Part shown: piece after piece, positions 42,022-52,389 of the stretch
Position numbering within the stretch: the first letter of the stretch is position 1
How the letters are laid out: each line of letters opens with the position of its first letter
Origin: an uncultured Gammaproteobacteria bacterium
GTDB taxonomy: Bacteria > Pseudomonadota > Gammaproteobacteria > JACCXJ01
NCBI GenBank assembly: GCA_963764725.1
Contig: CAVXTM010000018.1
Location: 544,001 to 608,000 of the forward strand
Length of the DNA stretch: 64,000 nucleotides
Direction of reading: 5' to 3'
The notes under the pieces: generated by a model
Seen by the model: only the letters and a program-made list of their open reading frames with translations
Databases searched by the model: none
Told to the model about the DNA's origin: nothing
Made by a program: the position numbers and the translations under genes

Positions 42022-43203
42022 ATGGCAGAAAAAAATAACACGCTAGCATTGGCCGCCAGCGGTGGAGGCGCTAGGGCCGCGTATCAAGTAGGATTTCTGC
42101 GGTGGCTCGGGGAACATTACCCCGATCTCGATATACCGATCTTGACTGGGGTCTCGGCCGGGGCTATCAACACGGCCTATCTGGCCAATCACCAAGGGAC
42201 GTTCGGAGAGAAGGTCAAACACCTAGCGGCGGTCTGGGAGGCGCTTACCATAGATCACGTTTTTCGAGTCAACGCCGGGTCTATTGCAGGTCACGTCGCC
42301 CGTTGGAGCATGCGCCTGCTGATGGGGAAGGCTTCGCAACTCATGGAGACCCGTAGCCTGGTCAACGCGTCTCCGTTGCAGGCTTTATTGGAGCAGGTAT
42401 TGAAGCCGGTGTCGGGTGTGATGGTGGGCATTCGCGAGAATCTTTTAGAGGGCCGCCTGCGTGCGGTTGCCATTACGGCATCGAATTATTCTACCGGCCA
42501 GGCAGTAACTTGGGTGCAGGGGATAAATTTAGTGCCCTGGACACGCGCCCACCGTAAGGGCATCCCCTGCACGCTATGCTTAGATCATGTGTTAGCCTCT
42601 GCCTCGGCACCGCTTTTCTTCCCGGCCGTGAATATCGGCGGATGCTGGTACGGTGATGGGGGCATCAGAATGACTGCACCGCTGTCGCCGGCGGTGCACC
42701 TGGGTGCCGATCGCATTTTGGCAATTTCGACAAAATATGCGCCGTCCAGCGAGGAAGCCGATTGTCCCACTATCAACGGCTATCCACCTCCCGTGCAAGT
42801 GATCGGTGCCCTGTATAATGCGCTCTTCCTCGATGTTTTTGATTACGATGCCTTGCGTATCGAACGTATCAACTCGCTGGTGAAGCAGGTACCCCTCGAC
42901 AAGCGGGGTGGTTTGCGTTGTGTGGACCTGTTGCTACTGAGGCCCTCACACGATCTGGGTAAGCTTGCGAATACCTACGAGTCCGAGCTTCCAAGGGCCT
43001 TCCGTTTCATGACCCGAGGTTTGGGCACGCAAAAGACCCGATCGAACGATATCTTAAGCGTATTGATGTTTCAGCCAGATTACCTGAGACGGTTACTGGA
43101 CTTGGGATATGCGGATGCGGAGACGCGCCGCGAGGAAATCGCCGCGTTCTTTGCGAAAAGCTCGTTGTGCCCAGATCCGGCAACTAATCATGAGAGGATC
43201 TAG
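42022..43203 (+). CDS. Patatin-like phospholipase
   Basis: GGGARAAYQVG, GVSAG, DGG. Confidence 0.92.
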   Translation: MAEKNNTLALAASGGGARAAYQVGFLRWLGEHYPDLDIPILTGVSAGAINTAYLANHQGTFGEKVKHLAAVWEALTIDHVFRVNAGSIAGHVARWSMRLLMGKASQLMETRSLVNASPLQALLEQVLKPVSGVMVGIRENLLEGRLRAVAITASNYSTGQAVTWVQGINLVPWTRAHRKGIPCTLCLDHVLASASAPLFFPAVNIGGCWYGDGGIRMTAPLSPAVHLGADRILAISTKYAPSSEEADCPTINGYPPPVQVIGALYNALFLDVFDYDALRIERINSLVKQVPLDKRGGLRCVDLLLLRPSHDLGKLANTYESELPRAFRFMTRGLGTQKTRSNDILSVLMFQPDYLRRLLDLGYADAETRREEIAAFFAKSSLCPDPATNHERI

Positions 43204-43235
43204 TCTATTCGTGACCTAACCATGGAGTAATCCTC

Positions 43236-45668
43236 GTGCCCCACCACTTCAAGTACGTCCGATTCTTCAGTGAGCTTGACCTTGACGACGTGCCACTGGT
43301 CGGCGGGAAGAATGCCTCGCTCGCGGAGTTGTATCGCGCGCTGAGGCCGCAGGGCTTTCGGGTACCGAACGGCTTCGCGATCACCGCCGAAGCCTACCGC
43401 TACGTGCTGGATCGAGCCAATGCCTGGGGCCCGCTGCGCGAGGCGCTGGATGGCCTAAGCCCAAACGATGTGACCGATCTCGCCCGCCGCGGGGCGCGTG
43501 CGCGCGAGATCGTATACGGCGCGTCGCTACCCGCAGACTTAGAGGGGGAACTACTTCACGCGTACGCCCTGTTGCGAGAGGAATACGGGCCCGAGCTCAG
43601 CGTCGCGGTGCGCAGCTCCGCGACGGCGGAAGACCTGCCGGGCGCGAGTTTCGCCGGGCAGCACGATACCTACCTCAATATCCATGGCCAAAGCCGCTTG
43701 GTGGACGCCTGTAAGCGCTGCTTTGCCAGTTTGTTTACCGATCGCGCGATTCACTATCGCATCGACCAGGGCTTCGACCACTTCAAGGTCTTGCTTTCGG
43801 TGGGAATCATGAAGATGGTGCGTTCCGATCTCGGTGCGGCGGGCGTGATGTTTTCTTTGGACACGGAAACGGGTTTCCGTGACGTTGTGTTCGTCACCGG
43901 CGCTTACGGGCTGGGGGAGAATGTCGTGCAAGGGACGGTAGACCCCGATGAGTTCTATGTATTTAAACCGACCTTCACGATCGGAAAACGTGTGGTCTTG
44001 CGCCGCGCGCTCGGCAGCAAGAAAATAAAGATGGTGTATGCCGCTGGCGGCACGCGCGAGGCGACGCGCAACATACCCACGTCTTTGAACGAGCGCGACC
44101 GTTTTTGCATTACCGATCAGGACGTGCTCACCCTCGCCGATGGCGCCATCAAGATCGAGGAGCATTACAGCGCCAAAGCCGGTGTGCCGCGTCCCATGGA
44201 CATGGAATGGGCGAAAGACGGCATTGACGGTGAGATCTATATGGTGCAAGCACGCCCGGAAACGGTCGCTTCCCAAAAGAAGCCCGGGATCTTGGAGGAG
44301 TACACGCTCAAGGGTTCCGGCAAGGTGCTCGCAAAAGGCCGCGCGGTCGGGGCCAAGATCGGTTCGGGAAAGGCCCGCGTGATCCATAACCTCGCACAAC
44401 TCTCCGAGTTCCGGCCGGACGAGGTCTTAGTGGCCGACATTACAACCCCCGATTGGGGCACGGTTATGAAAACAGCCGCCGCCATCGTCACCAATCGTGG
44501 CGGGCGCACCTGTCACGCCGCCATCGTCGCGCGCGAACTAGGGATCCCTGCCATCGTCGGCAGCGACTCGGCCACGCAGGTAATCGCCTCGGGGGCGGAG
44601 ATTACCGTCTCCTGCGGGCAGGGCGATGTGGGGATCGTCTACGACGGCGCCGTGCCGTTCGAAGTTCGGCAAACCGATCTCGACACCCTGGCCCGGCCCC
44701 AGACCCGCATCATGATCAACGTCGGCAATCCCGACATCGCTTTTCGCACCAGTTTCCTTCCCAACGATGGGGTCGGTCTGGCGCGCATGGAATTCATCAT
44801 CACCGAATCGATTAAGGCGCACCCGATGGCCCTGCTGCACCCGGACAAGGTCGAAGATCCGAGCGAGCGGGAAGCGCTGGAGAGACTCGCAGCTCAGCAC
44901 ACGAGCCCCGCCGAGTTTTTTATCCAGCGGCTCGCCGAAGGCGTGGGCACGATCGCTGCGGCCTTCTATCCCAAGCCAGTCGTGGTACGCATGTCCGACT
45001 TCAAGACTAACGAGTATGCGAGCCTCCTGGGTGGCCGCTGGTTCGAGCCGGTCGAGGCTAATCCAATGCTCGGTTTCCGCGGCGCGTCGCGCTATACGCA
45101 CCCGGCCTACGCCGAAGGTTTTGCGTTGGAATGCGCGGCGATGAAACGGGTGCGTGACGACATGGGGTTCACCAACGTGACGCTCATGATCCCGTTTTGC
45201 CGGCGCGTCGAGGAAGGCGAAAAAGTGGTGCAACGCATGGCTGAGCTCGGATTGAGACGCGGCGAGAACGGGCTTGAAATCTATGTCATGTGCGAGATCC
45301 CGAACAATGTACTGCTCATCGATCAATTCAGCCGGCACTTCGACGGCTTCTCGATCGGTTCCAACGATCTCACCCAGCTCACTCTAGGCGTGGATCGGGA
45401 CTCGGAGCTGGTCGCGTTTGACTATGAGGAACGCGATGAGGGCGTGAAGGAGATGATCCGTCTCGCGATAGAAGGCTGTAAGCGCAATGGCCGCCACTCG
45501 GGGATCTGCGGTCAGGCGCCCAGCGACTACCCGGAAATGGCGGAATACCTGGTACGTTTGGGGATCGACTCGATGAGCCTCAACCCCGATACCGTGTTCC
45601 AGACCACGCTTCGCGTGTTGGATTTGGAAAAACAATTGGGACGCGAGCCGGAGAAGAAAAATGCGTAA
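43236..45668 (+). CDS. ppsA: Phosphoenolpyruvate synthase
   Basis: VGGKNASL, GGRTCHAAI phospho-His, FSIGSNDLTQ, GICGQ. Confidence 0.97.
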   Translation: MPHHFKYVRFFSELDLDDVPLVGGKNASLAELYRALRPQGFRVPNGFAITAEAYRYVLDRANAWGPLREALDGLSPNDVTDLARRGARAREIVYGASLPADLEGELLHAYALLREEYGPELSVAVRSSATAEDLPGASFAGQHDTYLNIHGQSRLVDACKRCFASLFTDRAIHYRIDQGFDHFKVLLSVGIMKMVRSDLGAAGVMFSLDTETGFRDVVFVTGAYGLGENVVQGTVDPDEFYVFKPTFTIGKRVVLRRALGSKKIKMVYAAGGTREATRNIPTSLNERDRFCITDQDVLTLADGAIKIEEHYSAKAGVPRPMDMEWAKDGIDGEIYMVQARPETVASQKKPGILEEYTLKGSGKVLAKGRAVGAKIGSGKARVIHNLAQLSEFRPDEVLVADITTPDWGTVMKTAAAIVTNRGGRTCHAAIVARELGIPAIVGSDSATQVIASGAEITVSCGQGDVGIVYDGAVPFEVRQTDLDTLARPQTRIMINVGNPDIAFRTSFLPNDGVGLARMEFIITESIKAHPMALLHPDKVEDPSEREALERLAAQHTSPAEFFIQRLAEGVGTIAAAFYPKPVVVRMSDFKTNEYASLLGGRWFEPVEANPMLGFRGASRYTHPAYAEGFALECAAMKRVRDDMGFTNVTLMIPFCRRVEEGEKVVQRMAELGLRRGENGLEIYVMCEIPNNVLLIDQFSRHFDGFSIGSNDLTQLTLGVDRDSELVAFDYEERDEGVKEMIRLAIEGCKRNGRHSGICGQAPSDYPEMAEYLVRLGIDSMSLNPDTVFQTTLRVLDLEKQLGREPEKKNA

Positions 45669-45771
45669 CCGAGAAGAAAACAGGATTAGATAGAAATAAA
45701 CTGAGCAGAGCCTTCAGCGCCTGTTTATAAGCCGTGCACCGTACTTACATCTGTAGAGGGGGACGATCATT

Positions 45772-46200
45772 GTGTCAAGACTTTGGGTAGTGGCCGCAGA
45801 CAGCCGTCGGGCCAGGATTTTTGAAACGGATACTCCCATGGGGAGCTTGCAGGAGATCGAGGATCTCCTTCATCCGGCCGCGCGCACCCATGCGCGAGAT
45901 CTGACCTCCGACCGGCCGGGTCGCAGCTTCGACAGCGCCGGCCAAGGCCGCCATGCGATGGAGCCCGAGACAGATGCGAAGCGCCATGAGGCCGAGGTCT
46001 TTGCTAGGCAGGTTGCCGAACGGATCGAGCGTGCACGCATGGAGGGTGAGTTCGATAAGCTTGTCCTCATTGCAGCTCCTGAGTTCCTCGGGCTGCTGCG
46101 CAAGAGCTTGAGCCCGACGACGAGCGGGCTCGTTGCTAAGGCGGTGGATAAAAGCGTCGCTGGTCTTAACGCAACGGCGATCCGAGAGTACCTTTTGTGA
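45772..46200 (+). CDS. Host attachment protein (baeRF12-like)
   Basis: WVVAADSRRARIF, DRPGR, LIAAPEFLGLLR. Confidence 0.9.
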   Translation: MSRLWVVAADSRRARIFETDTPMGSLQEIEDLLHPAARTHARDLTSDRPGRSFDSAGQGRHAMEPETDAKRHEAEVFARQVAERIERARMEGEFDKLVLIAAPEFLGLLRKSLSPTTSGLVAKAVDKSVAGLNATAIREYLL

Positions 46201-46833
46201 GAACAGTGGTGCTGGAGCGATAAATTCACGTGCCCCCGCGCGTATTGAGGCCGGCAAAGCCAAGGCACGGGAGGCTCGACTTGCGGGAAATCGAGCAGCC
46301 TACCAATTAACCCTCAACCAGCCATCCACCGCACGCACAGAGTTGCAGCGCGTAGAGGACTATCTTAACAAGGCGATGGCTCAAACGAGTGGACCCGATA
46401 AGAGAATGCACGATCTGAATCCGTAGACGGTATGATGGCCGACATTGATAAGAAGCAATCAAAGACGGATCGGCCTGCCACCGAAGCGCGTTATCAAGCG
46501 TTGGAAACCGAATAGAGAATTTGCTCAAATAGGCTATAGACGACGGTTAAGGTATAAAAAAGCCTCGTCTCGCTCCTGCAGGCGGGGAGTCCAGGAGCTG
46601 CGAACCGCTCGCTAAATGTTGATGTTCACTATGGCTTCGGCTATACATATCAACTGGGAGAATTAATCGCCCTTCTGTTCTCAGTGACGCCGTAGCAATA
46701 TGGCCCAGCAAGTATGGGCCCCGCCGATGCCAGGTATAGTGCGTCCATCGCTGGTCACACACTGCCATCGGGTCTTACAGAAGGCGATGTGGACCACGCC
46801 TGGTTTGACCGTACAGTTACCAGGAGGAAAAAG

Positions 46834-47235
46834 ATGAATCGAGAGGTTTCTGCTTGGAGCTTGGTGCTCGCACTCGCGTTGGCCTTTCTGATGGGAGGCT
46901 GTGCGGCGATGCGGCAGGACGAGGCGCGGAATACAGACGCTCTGCTCGCCGAGGCGGGATTCAAGGTGCGGCCGGCCGACACCCCTGAAAAGCTAGCTCA
47001 TCTCAAGGCCATGCAGCCGCTCAAGGTGTCAGTGCGGACGAAGGACGGCCAGGTTATCTACAGCTATGCCGATCCCTATAACTGCCAATGTGTCTATGTC
47101 GGTGGGCCTGAAGAGTTCGCACAGTTCAAACGCCTTGCCCTAAGGCAACAGGTGGCAGCCGAGAGGCTATACGATGCGGAGATGGCGAACGATGCGGCGA
47201 TGGACTGGGGCATGTGGGGGCCGTACTGGTGGTAA
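46834..47235 (+). CDS. Hypothetical lipoprotein
   Basis: RBS AGGAGG, lipobox MGGC, YADP..C.CVYVG. Confidence 0.8.
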   Translation: MNREVSAWSLVLALALAFLMGGCAAMRQDEARNTDALLAEAGFKVRPADTPEKLAHLKAMQPLKVSVRTKDGQVIYSYADPYNCQCVYVGGPEEFAQFKRLALRQQVAAERLYDAEMANDAAMDWGMWGPYWW

Positions 47236-47734
47236 ACGCAATCGCCTGACTCGGCTAATACCACCCGCGCATGCGGAGCCGTCCGCGGCGCCGAGGTACC
47301 GAGCCGTCGTCTCGCTCGCCCTCGCGCTGACGGCATGCAAGCACGGTGGTTGACAAAATACCTCGAGCAGAGTTGTGCGCTGCCGCAGCTGTTGGGTAGT
47401 GTCCTAATTTGCCGTGGATAAGTTATTATGCTGACCGACCGGATTTATAATCAGCAACGATAGCTGCGCGGACCGCAGCTTGGGCGGAATCTTCAAGACC
47501 GCATAGAAACGCTTCTTGTCTGAGCCTTCAATCGTGGAGGACCAGGAATAGCATGTAGAAGCTTGTTTATCGCCTTCAATCCCCGAGGACGTGGACAACA
47601 CCATCCCAGACAACCTGACCGCCGTATTCTTCTCTAACTTGGACAGTATCGCGAAATATAGCGGAGCAGTTATGGAGATTTTCCGTAGCTAATCGAAGCT
47701 CTTCAGCTTGGGCGGAAAACACGATAGTCTAATT

Positions 47735-48493
47735 TTAAAAATCCTTAGCAGTCTTGGATGGATCTAGAATCATCATGCGCAGACGTATATATGCTTCAAG
47801 GAACTTGTATTGATCATACGACGGCGTATCACTAAACTGCAATAGTATAGCTCCATCTGGACCAGTGATACGCTCAACTAGCGGCCTCCTATCAGGAAAT
47901 GTTTTTCTATCTTCTTGATCTTTAAAAGATCCGCTTTCAGGTTCCACGAATAACTCACCCTCTTCTTCCGCTTCTTCTAGGGCTCCTATTTTAGCAGAAT
48001 TGTCAAGGTTTGCAAATTTAAGGGTGCTCTTATAATCGTCTAAAAATCCCTTAACCGCGCCTTCATTAAATCCACGTTCCAAGACCATATACGCGCACAC
48101 CTCTTTGTCTGGCGGCATATTTGGCCCCCACTTTTCCCACAGTTCTTTGTATATCTTTGGGTTTAGTGCCGAGTCTTTGATGGCCTTTTTCCATTCAGGC
48201 GAGTCTTCATGATCAACAAGGATTCGCATGGCGCGCTGACTCAATCGAATTTTCCGGTCGTCTCCGCTACCTATGGCATCGACAAGGCCGAAGCTGGAAA
48301 GCGCGGCCACCATTTTCATACCGTTGCTGCTGGAAGACTTATAACCCCAATGTTCCAAAACAAACTTTATTGTAACTGGGTGCTGCCCCCCGAATTCCTT
48401 AAACTGTTTTGCTCGTCCGATCGCTTCTTTGAGATCGGCCGCCGGGTATGAAGGACTCCGTATGCGAGCCTTCTTGTGATTATCTGATCCCAT
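47735..48493 (-). CDS. Hypothetical protein, probable winged-helix DNA-binding (DUF5343-like)
   Basis: Low-GC intact 252-aa ORF; RSPSYP..DLKEAI, ALSSFGLV; own TTGACC-17-TAGTAT promoter. Confidence 0.75.
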   Translation of the reverse strand: MGSDNHKKARIRSPSYPAADLKEAIGRAKQFKEFGGQHPVTIKFVLEHWGYKSSSSNGMKMVAALSSFGLVDAIGSGDDRKIRLSQRAMRILVDHEDSPEWKKAIKDSALNPKIYKELWEKWGPNMPPDKEVCAYMVLERGFNEGAVKGFLDDYKSTLKFANLDNSAKIGALEEAEEEGELFVEPESGSFKDQEDRKTFPDRRPLVERITGPDGAILLQFSDTPSYDQYKFLEAYIRLRMMILDPSKTAKDF

Positions 48494-48500
48494 ATATCAC

Positions 48501-48614
48501 CGCTAGCAATGATTAGTGTCATTTATACTAGCCTAGATGGCGTCTACGGTCAAGCGAATAGAGACGCTAGCAGTGAAGCTATAATGTGACAGACTAGCAC
48601 ACGTACGATAAAAT
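48501..48614. promoter_or_regulatory. Divergent sigma70 promoters with repeated CGCTAGCARTGA sites
   Basis: Minus TTGACC-17-TAGTAT (48553-48525); plus GTGACA-17-TAAAAT (48586-48614); repeats at 48501 and 48565. Confidence 0.6.
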
Positions 48615-48763
48615 GGGCATACTAGAGGAAGACGAGGTGATCTATGACCAGAAGAGTAGTGGCCCCTAGTGCTCTAGCCTACCGAGGCTAGGGGCCAAAA
48701 TGACAAGGCCCATCAAGTGTTTGCAGCGGTTCGACCTTCACTTGATGAGCCGTGGTAGACGAT

Positions 48764-48834
48764 GGGGCGGGCTTGGTGCGGTCCGGGCCTTTACATTCCG
48801 AAGACCAAGGGTTCAATTCCCTTCCGCTCCACCA
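48764..48834 (+). ncRNA. tRNA-like RNA: Ala-type acceptor stem, T-arm, CCA, no D-stem
   Basis: GGGGCGG/CCGCTCC-A-CCA with G3:U70; AAGGG-TTCAATT-CCCTT; only 36 nt between acceptor and T stem. Confidence 0.7.
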
Positions 48835-49124
48835 CTTTACGTTTGCAGTATAGCAAAATAGGAAAGATTAATCTATGAATAACTTAAGGACAGAAAAGCA
48901 GGCGGCGCGAGCCCTTTAAGAAGCTCCAAGAGCAGCAAGCTCTTGCAGTAGCGTTGGATCCTCAGTGCTAGCTTAGACATGACCTACCCTCTGCGTCGAT
49001 GGTGCTCGTGAACCGCCGACATTTTTGCGGGATCCTAAACGCCTTGACCCGACCGAGATCAGCGCAACTTCCGAAACACCCGCAATCGCTCACGGCCACG
49101 ACCCGTTTGGCAACCGGGATCATT

Positions 49125-49345
49125 TTATTTACCCGGCCGAATCAGCCCGCCGAGGCCCGCCTGTTCGAGCTCGCTGTTCAGCATCTGGCGGATATCCCGG
49201 GCGTTGTCCATCTGCAGCGCCTCCCGGAGAACCGCTTTCGCCTGCCTGCGGGTAATACTGCGGATCGCCCATTTAATCCGTGGGATACTCCCTGCGCTCA
49301 TACTGAACGTATCAATGCCCATCCCGAGCAGCAAGATCATGATAA
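49125..49345 (-). pseudogene. ptsP: PTS enzyme I-Ntr C-terminal fragment
   Basis: LLGMGIDTFSMS..SIPRIKWAIR...GLGGLIRPGK. Confidence 0.75.
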
Positions 49346-49437
49346 TTAGAATTCGCGACAGACACCTCGCCCGGCGAGGTCCTCGATATCGCTTGAAGCT
49401 GAGCGTGCACGAATGCCTGCCAATTTGCAGAGTCCCC

Positions 49438-49737
49438 TTAGCTACCAATGCGCTTATCCCAATAACCTGGACGTCGCTTCTGATGAGCCACGGCTACGAT
49501 CAGAATTCCATCGGGTTCTTCGGAATAGATCAGCGAGAACGGAAATCGACGAAGTAACGCTCGTCTTATCCCAGGGCCTATTGCTTGACCAAGCTTTGGG
49601 TACTCCCGCAAAGCGTCAACAACGCGCTGTACGTCGTCGAGGAACTCGAAACCCAGACCCGCTGACTCTAACTCGTAAAAAAGGGATGCCTCGGCCATTT
49701 CTTCCTCCGCCGGAGGAAGATACCGATACCCGATCAT
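49438..49737 (-). CDS. RelE/ParE-family toxin
   Basis: AEEEMAEASLFYE...GLG.EF, RRFPFSLIY, AVAHQKRRPGYW. Confidence 0.9.
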   Translation of the reverse strand: MIGYRYLPPAEEEMAEASLFYELESAGLGFEFLDDVQRVVDALREYPKLGQAIGPGIRRALLRRFPFSLIYSEEPDGILIVAVAHQKRRPGYWDKRIGS

Positions 49738-49964
49738 CTGAGGCGGCTACGAACCCTATGCATTACCTCGTCACCGGGGAGGGCCTGAAGTTCACCCCTT
49801 ATGAAGGCGTTGTAACGCCGTTGAGCTTCTTCAATCCACAGTTCTTCGGCGTCGGCGTCAACCGAGGTATCTAGCTCATCAATGAGAATGCGTGCAAGTG
49901 CCGCTTTCTCTTTCGGGCTCAACGCTCGGGCTTGCTTTTCCAGCTCTTCAAAGGTAGTACCCAT
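49734..49964 (-). CDS. Addiction-module antitoxin (TIGR02574-like)
   Basis: ALSPKEKAALARILIDEL...WIEEAQRR. Confidence 0.88.
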   Translation of the reverse strand: MGTTFEELEKQARALSPKEKAALARILIDELDTSVDADAEELWIEEAQRRYNAFIRGELQALPGDEVMHRVRSRLR

Positions 49965-49989
49965 GATTCAAATTATATCCGTAGCCCTC

Positions 49990-50264
49990 TGGTCCGCAAA
50001 ACCGATGTGGTACGAGCCGAAACAAGGCGTTACGAGGCGATATTTAACGATATTGCGGACCGGTCTTCGATAGATAAGGCGCCTCGCCGCCCAAACACCT
50101 ACATCATCAGACGTGGCGATACGTTGAGCGCCATCGCCACTCGCGTTTACGGGGACGGATCTCAGTGGTCGATCATCGGCGAGGCGAACCCGGACCTGGA
50201 TCCCAAGCGCTTACCGGTCGGCCACGCGCTCATGCTGCCCAATCGCCCCGCCCGCTCGCCATAG
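49990..50264 (+). pseudogene. LysM-domain C-terminal fragment
   Basis: YIIRRGDTLSAIATRVYG...W..I.EAN; no credible start. Confidence 0.7.
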
Positions 50265-50308
50265 GTCGCTCACGAGTTAAGCCCTCGGTAAAGCGTTTCC
50301 GCCACACC

Positions 50309-51466
50309 TCAGCGCACCACGAGCACCGGGCAGTGCGCGTGGGTCAGGACCTGCTTAGACACCGAGCCTACCAACAGGCGTTCGAAGAAACTCCTGCCGC
50401 GGTGACCCACCACGATGAGATCCACACCATTTTGCTCGGCCCGGTAAACGATCTGGTTGGCCGGGTGACCGGCGACGATCTCAAAGCGCGGGATTAGTCC
50501 CTGGGAGGCGGCTTGCGTTTTGAGGGCGTCGAAAAGCTCTTGGTAATGTGCCTCGGCGTTTTCCAGGATAGCCTCGGTCTCGACGTCTTCGGGAGGTTCG
50601 GGCGGACGCGCCACGGCGAGCACGCACCACGCGCGGCGATGACCGCCGCGACCAGAAACGAATATTGCGCCTGGTCGATGACCTGGTGACCCAAGCCGTA
50701 GAGCGCGGAAATGGTGCCGAACGTCAACCCCGCGGACATCACGAGCGTGGTAGACGTTGCCTCCTGAGCGGGGGCGCGGTAGAGATTTGCCCCGGGGCGT
50801 CTCGATCCTCTGCGCGTGCCCGTAGGACAGTGCGCTGTGGCGCGAGGCATTGGCGTGGATCTTCGTCCCATCCAGCGCAATCGTCCCGAGCTTCAGCAGC
50901 TTCATTTGCTTGGCGATGCGCAGGACCTCGACGAACAGCCGCTCGATTTCGGGCAGGAACCGCTTGCGGAATGCGCACAGCGTGTCGTGATCGGGATGGG
51001 TATTGGCGGCGATGTAGCGAAACGCGACCGAGTCATGGGAGGCCTGCTCGATGCGCCGGCTACCGAAGGTGCCGGTGGCATAGCCGTAGATCAGCAGCGC
51101 CAACAACACCCCCGGGTGATACGCCGCCGAGCCTGCGCCGCGATACTGGCGGATCAGCGCCGACAGGTCCAACTGCTCGACAATGTCCACCACAAAGCGC
51201 GCCAGATGGTCCTTGGGCAACCATTCATCCATCGATGGCGGCAGAAGATACTGGGTATCGCGATCACTTTGACGGAAGTGGCTCATCGATTTTCGCTCAT
51301 CGAGACGTTTGTCGATCTGATCGATCCGAATATCAAAAGTTCAACGTTAAGTCCGACAGGCTGCTAGGAGATCGGCGCCGTATCGCTTTGCCAAGTCCAG
51401 GGCGAAGCGGTAGGCCTTGTCCGCTGGCGCCGAACCGTCGTAGGCGGCGAGGATTTTGTTGATCAT
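50309..51466 (-). pseudogene. Universal stress protein split by an insertion (N-term 51368-51466, C-term 50309-50630)
   Basis: MINKILAAYDGS...YGADL and VLAVARPPEPPEDVETEA...GSVSKQV...PVLVVR. Confidence 0.85.
50790..51367 (-). mobile_element. IS1182-family element, left end and truncated transposase (ATG 51286)
   Basis: LLPPSMDEWLP, YHP, PDHDT, LDGTKIHANAS; left end CTAGCAGCCTGTCGGACTT. Confidence 0.85.
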
Positions 51467-51479
51467 GGAATTACTCCTC

Positions 51480-51716
51480 TCAGCTCGATTTTGAAGAAGA
51501 ATTGACCTTAGGGTCTGTCATCGAGGGCTGCTCGGTGGGCGGTGCTGGGGATGCGGCAGGCTGCGCTAAGAGGTGGTAGGGCAAGAAAAAGGCGTTGGCG
51601 ATGAGCGTCGGCACCACCGCGGAAAGCGCTGTGGCAATGCGCAGCCACACCGAGAACAGCGCGGCGATCAACGCCAAGCCCAACCACACGGCAGCAAGCA
51701 TCCAAGTTTCGGTCAT
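51480..51716 (-). pseudogene. Cation:proton antiporter with large in-frame internal deletion
   Basis: N-term WLGLALIAAL..WLRIATALS fused to C-term AVVPTLIANAFFLP; adjacent missing piece lies at 50640-50770. Confidence 0.75.
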
Positions 51717-52012
51717 CACTGCCTTCCTACGGGTAAGCGTGCGGACCAGTGGAACCGATAGACAGAAAGAAACGTATTTTCATCGTCACCTTCAAGAGGT
51801 CGCTTGGCGCCCAGCTGGGCCCTGCGGCCGAAAAAAGAATCGCAATCACGTTTTCTAATACGGCCGCGGTCCGGACATGACGAAACGAAGGCCTCCTTTG
51901 AATCTCTACCAACGGTAATCCATCGGGCCCGGTAAGCAGGGAGTGGGCTAGGCGCTAGCTCGAATGTGTGAGGAGGCTTTTCGTCTGCCCACACCTTCCC
52001 TGCTTCCGGGAA

Positions 52013-52074
52013 CATGTAGGCATCATCAGCCGTAACGGCGGTTATTTTTCAGGAGGCATGCCATCTCCTGTAAT
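52013..52074 (-). ncRNA. Fluoride (crcB) riboswitch
   Basis: GGAGATGGCATGCCTCC...AACCGCC-GTTAC-GGCTGATGATGCCTAC; TATACT -10 upstream. Confidence 0.92.
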
Positions 52075-52389
52075 GCTTTCGCACGGAAAGTATAGGAGCA
52101 CCCAAGAAAGCGCGCAATGAAAAATCCCGAAAGCCTACGCCGGCCGGGTGTTCATCGCGCCCCGTCCATGGTCTAAATCTCCAATCCGCTCGATCCGTTG
52201 CTGGTCTGAGGCAACGAAGCCTTGGCCAGCAGAAAACGCCGGCGCGCGGTCCGGCGTTTGGTACGATATGAGGGATTCCAGCAGTACGTAGGATGAAATT
52301 CGACCCTCACGTCTCATCGGTTCTTGGATTGCAATCGAGATGTTGGCGAGGCGTAAGCGGCGCGCCACATCCAAAACCGTCACCACCGC

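Noticed and set aside
48700-48861. 53-aa ORF across the hairpin and tRNA-like element
   Set aside because: Weak RBS and no motif; the RNA structure explains the sequence better.
50309-51286. 325-aa transposase-USP fusion protein
   Set aside because: Fortuitous read-through across an IS1182 truncation, an out-of-frame antiporter fragment and the USP C-terminus.
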